Assembly (NCBI GenBank): GCA_017644045.1
Contig: JAEPMI010000011.1
Coordinates: 58,029 to 122,028, forward strand
DNA: 64,000 nucleotides
Reading direction: 5' to 3'
From: Deltaproteobacteria bacterium
GTDB lineage: Bacteria > Myxococcota_A > Polyangia > Polyangiales > Houyiibacteriaceae
The notes beneath the pieces were generated by a model that worked only from the letters and a program-made list of their open reading frames with translations, did not search any database and was not told the origin of the DNA. This document shows, in pieces, positions 8,915 through 16,035 of the stretch (within the stretch, counting starts at the first letter, position 1; the number at the start of each line of letters is the position of its first letter). The translations under genes and the position numbers were made by a program.

Positions 8915-9841
8915 TCAGACGTCGGCGCCGAGGCCGGTCAGCTCGACCGAGAGATCCCAGAGCCGCGCCGCGGCGGCCGAATCCGTCGCGTGCCGTGCCG
9001 GCGTCTCCCGCGTGGGCGTCCCGCGAATGCCGAGCATGCCATCGGGGCCGAAGAAGTCGCCGCCCTGCACACCGGGCGCCGTCGCCGCGTAGAGCGTCGG
9101 GAGCGCGCCCGCGTCTGCCTCCTGCGCGACGTACTGGTTGTTCAGCTTCATCAGCCAGGCCTGGAGCTTCGAGCCTTCGAGCTTCGGGCCCACGAACTGG
9201 AGGTTCGTGTCCGCGAAGCCCGGGTGGCAGGCCACGGCGATGGCCTTCGCGCCGCGCTTCTCCAGCCGCTTCTGCAGCTCGAGGGTGAAGAGCACGTTCG
9301 CCAGCTTCGACTGCCCATACGCGAGCCACTTCTGGTAGCCGCGCTGCCAGTTGGGGTCCTTCCAGCGCATGCGACCGAAGCGGTGGGCCATGCTGCTGAC
9401 CGTCACGATCCGCGCGTCGTCGGCCTCGAGGAGCTTGCCCAGCAGCCGCACGGTGAGCGCGAAGTGGCCCAGGTGGTTCGTGCCGAGCTGCATCTCGAAG
9501 CCGTCGGCCGTGCGACGCAGTGGCAGCGCCATGACCCCCGCGTTGTTGATGAGCCGGTCGAGGGTGGGGTGGTCCCGCTTCACGCCCTCGGCGAAGGCCT
9601 CCACCGACGAGAGGTCGGCGAGATCGAGCTGGCGGAGCTCGACGGTGGCCTTCGGGTGCGCGGCTTCGATCGCCTGGAGCGCCTTCCGCCCTCGCTCCTC
9701 GCTCCGGCACGCGAGGATGACGTTCGCGCCCTTGCCCGCGAGCACCTTGGCGGCCTCGAAGCCGATGCCGCTGTTGGCGCCGGTGACCACCACTCGGGCG
9801 CCCTTCATCGTGGGGACGTCGTCGATGCTCCAACCGCTCAT
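8915..9841 (-). CDS. Short-chain dehydrogenase/reductase (SDR)
   Basis: VVVTGANSGIGFEAA matches the TGxxxGxG motif, NNAG is present, and YGQSKLAN matches YxxxK. ATG 9841 was chosen (MSGWSIDD...). Confidence 0.85.
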   Translation of the reverse strand: MSGWSIDDVPTMKGARVVVTGANSGIGFEAAKVLAGKGANVILACRSEERGRKALQAIEAAHPKATVELRQLDLADLSSVEAFAEGVKRDHPTLDRLINNAGVMALPLRRTADGFEMQLGTNHLGHFALTVRLLGKLLEADDARIVTVSSMAHRFGRMRWKDPNWQRGYQKWLAYGQSKLANVLFTLELQKRLEKRGAKAIAVACHPGFADTNLQFVGPKLEGSKLQAWLMKLNNQYVAQEADAGALPTLYAATAPGVQGGDFFGPDGMLGIRGTPTRETPARHATDSAAAARLWDLSVELTGLGADV

Positions 9842-9894
9842 GAGCGGGGCATAGCACGCAGCCGCAGGTGGGCGATCCCCGCGCCGACCCTGCG

Positions 9895-9910
9895 AAAGGC
9901 GATCGCCTTT
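9895..9910. promoter_or_regulatory. Perfect 16-nt palindrome AAAGGCGATCGCCTTT in a divergent promoter region
   Basis: Read directly from the sequence. It lies 54 nt upstream of the SDR start and about 165 nt upstream of the stator-like operon. It may be an operator; no binding protein is known. Confidence 0.3.
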
Positions 9911-9987
9911 TGGCGCCGCCGATCGCGTCCCCGCTGTGATTCTCCAGCCTGGGGACAAGTGATCCAAGGCTCCGGAAACACGAGCAA

Positions 9988-10004
9988 ATCGCGAAATTCG
10001 CGAT
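9988..10004. promoter_or_regulatory. Perfect inverted repeat ATCGCGAA-A-TTCGCGAT (candidate operator)
   Basis: Read directly from the sequence. The 8-nt arms are separated by 1 nt. It lies about 70 nt upstream of ATG 10074. Confidence 0.3.
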
Positions 10005-10073
10005 CGAGAGGCTCAGTTCCGGTCGGTGCGATCTTGCTTGAACGCCCCGCACCCGCTCGCTAACCGCGAGCCG

Positions 10074-10982
10074 ATGTTGGGCTCCAAAGTGGTGCGTTCG
10101 CCCGCGCGCGCAGGGCGGACCCTGCGACGCAGCGCACCCGCTCGGGACACCCTCGAGCTGGCCGCGCGCCTCGATCGGCTGCGCGGCGTCGAGCCCCACC
10201 CCGGGCCGCGATCCCCCGTCGAGGTGCTCGCCACCCGGAGCGACCTTGCTGGCAGCGTCGCGGTGGCCGAGGTCCTGTCGAACGACGAGTGGCCGCCGGC
10301 CGAGCCAAGGGTCGACGACGGTCGTTGGCTCGCGAACCACGTCCGGGTCCGCCTCGAGAGCAGCGGCCGCTGGCTCGAGAAGACCCTCGCCGACCCCACC
10401 CGCGGTCGCAGCCCGCTCCCGGGCGCCGCGCGCGTCCACCGCGCGGTCACCGAGGAGTCGGCCCGGCCCGGCCGCCCCGACGACTGGCTCGTGGCCATCG
10501 CCGACAACCTCGGCCGGGTCTGGGCCCATCGTTGCCTGGCAGTGGTGCGCACGCTCCGCCGTGAAGCCGCCCGGCTCCGGAAGGAGTCCGCGGCCGACCT
10601 CTTCGCGCTCGGGCCGCAGGCCGCTCGCCTCGAGCGGCTCGACGCCGCCCTGCGCCGAAGCCTGGCGGCCGCCCGTGGTGACGCGGACCAGGCGCTGGCC
10701 GACCGCTTCGGCGGGGCGTTCGCCGCGCTCCTCGTGAGCTTCGTCGAAGCCCACGAGGACCCGTCCACGCTGGAGCTCGGTGCCGTCGAGCACTTCCTCC
10801 GCGCCGGACCCGCCGCCGAGCTGCGCTCGGACCTGGACGGAGCCCTTCGCGCCGCCTTCCGCGAAGAGCGGGCCCTCCTCGAGTCTCTCGTGCGCGCCTG
10901 CATCGACCGCGCATCCACGGCGTCCGAAGAGGCGCACCCCGAACCCGAAGCGGCTCCCGCCGCCGAAAGCCAACCGTCATGA
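10074..10982 (+). CDS. Hypothetical helical protein, first gene of the stator-like cassette (possibly DUF3348-like)
   Basis: High GC at third codon positions. The stop overlaps the next start (ATGA, 10979-10982). The protein is Arg/Ala/Leu/Glu-rich with no TM helix and no catalytic motif. The start is ambiguous (GTG 10026, ATG 10074, GTG 10090). The DUF name comes from remembered cassette annotation and is not verified. Confidence 0.6.
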   Translation: MLGSKVVRSPARAGRTLRRSAPARDTLELAARLDRLRGVEPHPGPRSPVEVLATRSDLAGSVAVAEVLSNDEWPPAEPRVDDGRWLANHVRVRLESSGRWLEKTLADPTRGRSPLPGAARVHRAVTEESARPGRPDDWLVAIADNLGRVWAHRCLAVVRTLRREAARLRKESAADLFALGPQAARLERLDAALRRSLAAARGDADQALADRFGGAFAALLVSFVEAHEDPSTLELGAVEHFLRAGPAAELRSDLDGALRAAFREERALLESLVRACIDRASTASEEAHPEPEAAPAAESQPS

Positions 10983-13363
10983 CGCGACTCGTTCTTCTCC
11001 TCGCCGGCAGCGCCGGTTTCGTGGTCGTCGCGCGCGCCGCTGCGTTCTACGCGGGCGTCGACACCTTCGCCTTCGGCCTGACCATCGTCATGGCGGGCGT
11101 CTTCGCCGTCGGACTGGCGGAGCTGGTGCTCCGGGAGCGTCGCGCCGCCGGACTGCGCAAGGCGCTCGACACACTCACCAGCAAGAAGGGCGGACCGGAT
11201 CTCGACGAGGCTCCGTCCGGTCTTCGCGCGCGCCTTCGCGCACACCTCGAGCGCGATCCGATGCCGGCCGACGTGCCGGTGATCGCGCCCTTCCTCGTGG
11301 GCCTGCTCGTGATGCTCGGCCTCCTCGGGACGTTCCTCGGTCTCTTCGAGACGCTCCGCGGCGCGCGCACCGCGCTCGAGGCGAGCGCCGACGTCGACTC
11401 CCTCCGCGCTGGTCTCGCCAGCCCGATGGGCGGCCTGATGCGCAGCTTCGGCACCTCCGCCGCGGGCGTGGCCTCCTCGGCGATGCTCGGGCTCGCGATG
11501 GTCTTCGTCCGTCGTTCGGGCCGCCGGCTGCAGGAGGCCATTCACGCCGCCTGCGCCGGTCCCCTCGCGCACCTCAGCGCGTCGCGCCGCCAGCTCTCGG
11601 CGCTCGAGGAGCTCGCGGAGCAGGGCCGCGCCATGCCGGCCGCCGCCGAGGCGCTCCAGGACGCGGTCCAGGTGCTGCGCACCATCGGCGAGGACGAGCG
11701 CGCCCGGGGCGCTCAGGTCGCCGACCGCATCGACGAGCTCCGCGGCGCCTGGCTCGAGGCGCACCGCGAGGCGGTGGGCGAGCTCCGCACGTCGCTCGAG
11801 GGCGCGGCCGCCAAGGCCGCCGACGCCGCGGGCGCGGCCCTCGCGCCGGCCACGGCGGAGCTCGTCGGCGCGGTCCGCCAGAGCGCGGCGGAACAGCTCG
11901 AGACCACCCAGCAAGTCAGTGCGGCGCAGCTCGCCGCGATCCGCGAGTCGGCCGAAGCACAGCTCGCGGCGCTCCAGAGCTCGATGCTCGAACAGCTCGA
12001 GGCGCTCGGAGGCGCTCAGGCGCAGCACGTGGCCGCCCTGCAGGAGACCCTCGCGGAGGAGCGCGCTGCGCGTCGCGAGGAGGACACCGCCGTGGCGGAG
12101 CGCCTCCAGGCCGCGGCCATGGCCGTGGCGGCCGATCTCGAAGCCGCCGCGAAGGGCCGGCGCGCCGACCAGGCCGCGCTCGGCGAGCGCTTCACCAAGC
12201 ACCTCGAGGCGCTTGGCGCGACCGAGGCGGCGCTCGGCGAGCGCTTCGCCGAGCAGCTCGCGGAGCTCCGCGGTGCCGAGGAGGCGCACGCGGCTCGGGT
12301 CGGCGACCGACTCGAGGCGCTCGGCGAGCGGTTGACCGAGCAGCTCGGCGCCGTGGTCGCCCGAGAGGACGAGCGCGCGGCGGAGGCCGGCGCGCAGATG
12401 GGCGCGATCGTCGATCGCTGGCGTGAGGCGCTCGAGAGCGCGCGCGCCACGGAGCGCGATCACGGCGAGCGGGTCGCGTCGGCGCTCCAGGCCGCCGAGG
12501 CCGCCATCCGCACCGGCGCCGAGCGCGTCGGGGCGCTCACCGAGGAGACCGCGCGTCGCGAGTCGGAGCGCGACGAGCGCGCCGAGGGCGTGCTCGCGAC
12601 CCTCGAGTCGATGGCCGTCGAGCTCGTCGCTGCCCGCGCCGCGCAGACGGAGCAGCTCGGCGAGGTCGAGGCTCGACTGGCGGATCGCCAGGCCGCTCGG
12701 GCACGCGACATCGCGGGCGCGCTCGAAGGGCAGGCCGAGCGCCTCGTCGCGCTGCAGGAAGCGCTCGAAGCCAAGCAGGCCGAGAGCGTCGCGACGATCA
12801 GCGGCTCGCTGGCCGGTCACGCCGAGAAGCTCGCGGCACTGCAGACGGCGCTCGAGGCGCAGCAGGTCGAGCGGCTGGAAGCCGTCACCGGTGCGCTCTC
12901 CGGTCACGCCGAGAAGCTCGCGGGGCTGCAGGAAGCGCTCGAGGCGCGGCACGCCGCGCACGCCGCCGAGCTCGCGGGCGCGCTGGTCGCCGAAGCGGAG
13001 CGCCTCGGCAAGGGCCTCGAGGAGACGTCGGCGCTCGTGCGCGACGCCGCCGGTGCGACCGCGGCGGGCGGCGCCGAGCTCGCTGCGGCCGCAGAGCTCT
13101 TCACGGCTGCGGTCGAGCGCCACGGCGAGGCGGCGCAGCGCTGGCTCGAGGGCCTCGGTCACGTGGAGCGGGCGGTGGAGGAAGCGGGCGAGGGCGCCGC
13201 GGTCGACGTGCTCGGCCAGTACCTCGCGCGCACCCACGAGCTCTTCGACCAGCAGCTCGGGTTCCAGCAGGCCCTCGTGGCTCAGATCGAGAACCAGGGG
13301 CCGCTCTTCGGCGCCGCGGTCGGGGCTTCCGTCCCGACCGAGGAAGTCCGCTCCGATGCTTGA
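10979..13363 (+). CDS. MotA/TolQ/ExbB-like membrane channel protein with a roughly 600-aa repetitive helical tail (DUF802-like; ZorA-like architecture)
   Basis: The N-terminal 190 aa hold 3-4 TM helices. Channel-family-like motifs are VGLLVMLGLLGTFLGLFETL and SFGTSAAGVASSAMLGLAMVFV. Residues from about 200 to 794 are Ala/Glu/Leu/Arg-rich with internal repeats (ALGERF... x2 and 29-aa units x3-4). Confidence 0.7.
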   Translation: MTRLVLLLAGSAGFVVVARAAAFYAGVDTFAFGLTIVMAGVFAVGLAELVLRERRAAGLRKALDTLTSKKGGPDLDEAPSGLRARLRAHLERDPMPADVPVIAPFLVGLLVMLGLLGTFLGLFETLRGARTALEASADVDSLRAGLASPMGGLMRSFGTSAAGVASSAMLGLAMVFVRRSGRRLQEAIHAACAGPLAHLSASRRQLSALEELAEQGRAMPAAAEALQDAVQVLRTIGEDERARGAQVADRIDELRGAWLEAHREAVGELRTSLEGAAAKAADAAGAALAPATAELVGAVRQSAAEQLETTQQVSAAQLAAIRESAEAQLAALQSSMLEQLEALGGAQAQHVAALQETLAEERAARREEDTAVAERLQAAAMAVAADLEAAAKGRRADQAALGERFTKHLEALGATEAALGERFAEQLAELRGAEEAHAARVGDRLEALGERLTEQLGAVVAREDERAAEAGAQMGAIVDRWREALESARATERDHGERVASALQAAEAAIRTGAERVGALTEETARRESERDERAEGVLATLESMAVELVAARAAQTEQLGEVEARLADRQAARARDIAGALEGQAERLVALQEALEAKQAESVATISGSLAGHAEKLAALQTALEAQQVERLEAVTGALSGHAEKLAGLQEALEARHAAHAAELAGALVAEAERLGKGLEETSALVRDAAGATAAGGAELAAAAELFTAAVERHGEAAQRWLEGLGHVERAVEEAGEGAAVDVLGQYLARTHELFDQQLGFQQALVAQIENQGPLFGAAVGASVPTEEVRSDA
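12716..13020 (+). repeat. In-frame 87-nt (29-aa) tandem repeat, about 3.5 copies, inside the tail of the MotA-like gene
   Basis: GGTCACGCCGAGAAGCTCGCGG occurs at 12815 and 12902, a spacing of 87 nt. CTGCAGGAAGCGCTCGA(A/G)G occurs at about 12752 and 12926, a spacing of 174 nt. The peptide units are GALEGQAERLVALQEALEAKQAESVATIS, GSLAGHAEKLAALQTALEAQQVERLEAVT and GALSGHAEKLAGLQEALEARHAAHAAELA. Confidence 0.9.
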
Positions 13364-14021
13364 AGACGACGACCAGGGCGACGGCGGCGTGTTCTACGCC
13401 GCCTTCGGCGACCTGATGGCGTGCCTCTTCGGCATCTTCGTCCTCTTCTTCGCCTGGATGGTCCTCTTCGAGGCCGACTTGAGCCAGGACCTGGCCGAGG
13501 TGCGGGCCGAGCACCAGGCCGCGGAGGCGCGGCTCGACGAGCTCGAGAGCGCCCTCGCCGGTCCGCTCGCCAGTGGCCTGATCACGCTCACGAATGGGCG
13601 CATCGGCATTCGCGGCTCGGTCCTCTTCGACTCGAGCTCGGCGGAGCTCCGCCCGGAAGGCCAGGACCTGCTGCGTCAGCTCGCGGGGCCGCTCCAGGCC
13701 TACCTCCAGCACAGCGGCGAGACCGCGATGGTCAGCGGCTTCACCGACGACCTCCAGCTTCGCCGCAACGGCTCCTTCGCCGACAACTGGGAGCTCAGCG
13801 CGGAGCGCGCGCTCACGGTGGTGCGCACGCTGACCGACGCGGGGCTGCCCGCGGGCCACGTGTTCGCCGCCGGCTTCGGCGCGCAGCACCCGATCGCGTC
13901 CAACGACGACGAGGACGGCCGCGCGCTCAACCGGCGAGTGGAGATCGCCCCGGTTCCGGCGCCGCTCCTCGAGCGACTCACCTCGGGCGCCGAGCCCGGC
14001 CAGGCGGACGGCAAGCAGTGA
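13356..14021 (+). CDS. MotB/OmpA-family protein: single TM helix with conserved Asp plus a peptidoglycan-binding OmpA-C-like domain
   Basis: ATG 13356 overlaps the upstream stop by 8 nt. The TM segment VFYAAFGDLMACLFGIFVLFFAWMVL has Asp19 (codon 13410-13412) in the position of the MotB channel Asp (AYADFMTAMMAFF). The OmpA-like motifs are FADNWELSAERALTVV and GRALNRRVEI. Confidence 0.85.
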   Translation: MLEDDDQGDGGVFYAAFGDLMACLFGIFVLFFAWMVLFEADLSQDLAEVRAEHQAAEARLDELESALAGPLASGLITLTNGRIGIRGSVLFDSSSAELRPEGQDLLRQLAGPLQAYLQHSGETAMVSGFTDDLQLRRNGSFADNWELSAERALTVVRTLTDAGLPAGHVFAAGFGAQHPIASNDDEDGRALNRRVEIAPVPAPLLERLTSGAEPGQADGKQ

Positions 14022-14674
14022 GCGATCCGCTCGAGGCGCTCCGAGAGCGGCTCGTTCGCGGAGCCGACCAGGGGCTCGCGGACTTCGACCGTCCGCGCGT
14101 CCGCTTCGTCGAGCGTCTGCTCGAGCGGGCGGAGGCGGGCCCCGAGGCCGCCACCCGTCGGCTCCTGGCGCGCGCCGAGGAGCGGCTGGCGGCTCTCGAG
14201 GAGGACTTCGAGCGGCACCGCACCGAGGCCGAGAACGAGCTCGAGCGGCTCGAATCCGTGGGCGCGGACCCGGCGGGCCTCGCCCGGGCGGCGTTCGAGC
14301 GCCACGCCTTCCGCGAGGTCCGGCGCCGGGCGCGGCGCCATCCGCAGCGTGCCCCACGGACCGCGCGTTCGCTCGGCGACGCCCACGCCCGGCGGCTCCA
14401 CCAGCAGCTCAGCGAGCGCGCTCCCATCGAAGCCGCGCATGCCGCGGCCGAGGGGGAGCTGCTCGAGGTCGCCCAGGCCCTCTACCGCGAGCGCTCCGCC
14501 GACGCGGTGGCCCAGCGGACCCTGGCCGACGCCCGCCGCGCGTTGCCCGCCGAGGCCGGCCCGTACCACGCGCTGACGGTGGCGGCGCGGGCCCTCGGGG
14601 CCCTCGAGCAGGCCGATCGCTCGCTCCTGCGCGCCTGGATCCACCGCCTCCGCGACATCGAGCTGGCAGGGTAG
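14018..14674 (+). CDS. Hypothetical helical protein, last gene of the stator-like cassette (possibly DUF2894-like)
   Basis: GTG 14018 overlaps the MotB-like stop (GTGA, 14018-14021). The 218-aa protein is Arg/Ala/Glu/Leu-rich with no TM helix. The DUF name comes from remembered cassette annotation and is not verified. Confidence 0.6.
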   Translation: MSDPLEALRERLVRGADQGLADFDRPRVRFVERLLERAEAGPEAATRRLLARAEERLAALEEDFERHRTEAENELERLESVGADPAGLARAAFERHAFREVRRRARRHPQRAPRTARSLGDAHARRLHQQLSERAPIEAAHAAAEGELLEVAQALYRERSADAVAQRTLADARRALPAEAGPYHALTVAARALGALEQADRSLLRAWIHRLRDIELAG

Positions 14675-14675
14675 G

Positions 14676-14693
14676 GCGCTCGGCCACGAGCGC
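14676..14693 (+). terminator. GC-rich hairpin directly after the cassette (GCGCTCG-GCCA-CGAGCGC), no U-tract
   Basis: A 7-bp perfect stem with a 4-nt loop begins 2 nt after the TAG at 14672-14674. The lack of a T-run makes an intrinsic-terminator function uncertain. Confidence 0.35.
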
Positions 14694-14747
14694 GTTCTCA
14701 TCGCCTTGGCTTGCAGGGGGCCCGCAAACCCCCCACTTTTGGCCCCG

Positions 14748-16007
14748 ATGATGCGCTACGGCCCCCTGGCTCTGGCGGTGCTGCTCTTCACCAGCCTCTT
14801 CGCGAGCAGCGACGCCCACGCCGACCGCACCTACGTGGTCCGCAACGGAGACACCCTCTCCGGCATCGCCCGGCGCTTCCACGTCACCATCAGCACCCTT
14901 CGCCGCGCGAACCGGCTGCGCAGCAGCGACTCGATCCGAGCCGGTGCCCGGCTGACGATCCCTGGGCGCCAGGCGTCCAACCGGGCGGCTCGGCGGGCCG
15001 GCTATCACGTGGTCCGGCGCGGCGACACGCTGAGCGGCATCGCGGCCCGCTACCGCGTCCCGATCCGGGCGCTGAAGCGCGCCAACCGGATCCGCGGCGA
15101 GAACATCCGCATCGGCGCTCGGCTCCGGATCCCGGGCCGGCGCAGCGAGAACCACCTCCCGCGGGTCGCCGAGCGCGAGCTCCGCCCCGACCAGGAGGAG
15201 GCGAAGGCCCGCGCCGAGCGTCTCGGCCTCGGCAGCGTTCGCGTCGCTCACACGCTCCTCGGTGGTCCCGGCCCCGAAGACCGATGGGTCGCCGCCGCTC
15301 GGCAGGCACCCTCGCGCATCCCGGCCTACGCCTTCGGCGTCGGCACCCCGATCGTCCCCCGTGAGGACGACGAGGAAGAGGACGCCGAGGAGACGCCCGA
15401 CGAGGTCGCGCTCGAGGACGACGGGCACGAGGGCGTCGAGGAGACCCCGCCCGAGACCTCGTCGGCGAACGACACCCCGGAGCCCGTCGCCGGCCCCGGC
15501 ACGCTCCGCTCGCCGCTCGACGAAGCCGTCTACCTACGCGGCTGGGGCTCGGGTGCCGGTGGCTACCACCTCGCCGTGGATCTCTACGCGCCGCCCGGCA
15601 CGCCGGTGAAGGCCTCCGCGCGCGGCATCGTGGCGTACGAGGGTCACGGCCTCCGCGGCTACGGCCGGATGGTCGTCATCCTCCACCCGAGCGGGCGGGT
15701 GACCGCGTACGCGCACAACCGTGAGACCCTCGTCGTCGAGGGCGAGCTGGTGGCCCGCGGGCAGATCATCGCGTTGGTCGGCAACACCGGCATCAGCCGC
15801 GGCCCGCACGTGCACTTCATGCTCGTCGACGGCGGCGAGCACTGCGACGCGATGCCGCTCTTCCGCCCCCGCATCCGCTGGCGCAACGGCAACATCGTCG
15901 AGACCAATCCGGTCGCCTGGACCGGCGAGCGCCCCGAAGAGGTGCGCTGCCTCCCGAAGTCGTCGCGCCCCCACCCGGGCACCCGCCGCCGTCGCCGTCG
16001 GCGCTGA
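14748..16007 (+). CDS. Secreted LysM (x2) plus M23-family peptidoglycan metallo-endopeptidase
   Basis: The signal peptide is MMRYGPLALAVLLFTSLFASSDAHA. Two LysM units are present (YVVRNGDTLSGIARRF; HVVRRGDTLSGIAARY). The M23 motifs are YHLAVDL and GNTGISRGPHVHF. The tail is poly-Arg (RRRRRRR). Confidence 0.9.
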   Translation: MMRYGPLALAVLLFTSLFASSDAHADRTYVVRNGDTLSGIARRFHVTISTLRRANRLRSSDSIRAGARLTIPGRQASNRAARRAGYHVVRRGDTLSGIAARYRVPIRALKRANRIRGENIRIGARLRIPGRRSENHLPRVAERELRPDQEEAKARAERLGLGSVRVAHTLLGGPGPEDRWVAAARQAPSRIPAYAFGVGTPIVPREDDEEEDAEETPDEVALEDDGHEGVEETPPETSSANDTPEPVAGPGTLRSPLDEAVYLRGWGSGAGGYHLAVDLYAPPGTPVKASARGIVAYEGHGLRGYGRMVVILHPSGRVTAYAHNRETLVVEGELVARGQIIALVGNTGISRGPHVHFMLVDGGEHCDAMPLFRPRIRWRNGNIVETNPVAWTGERPEEVRCLPKSSRPHPGTRRRRRRR

Positions 16008-16035
16008 CCTCTCCCTGGCGCACGAGTCCCCCCGC

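Noticed and set aside
9895-9910. The 16-nt palindrome acting as an intrinsic terminator
   Set aside because: No co-directional gene ends upstream of it on either strand, because both flanking genes start here. A regulatory or operator role is more plausible than termination.
10013-13237. 1074-aa ORF on the minus strand, antisense to the MotA-like tail gene
   Set aside because: This looks like a mirror ORF, which is typical of very GC-rich DNA. Its translation is monotonous Arg/Ala/Gly/Glu/Leu with no motifs and no sensible start context. The plus-strand frame has recognisable TM and channel motifs, internal repeats and stop/start coupling with its neighbours.
10074-14674. Calling the cassette a bona fide Zorya anti-phage system
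   Set aside because: Only the ZorA/ZorB-like architecture is present. No ZorC/ZorD/ZorE-type proteins (helicase, nuclease, HNH) are encoded nearby, and the neighbouring genes are housekeeping-like. I report it as Zorya-like in architecture only.
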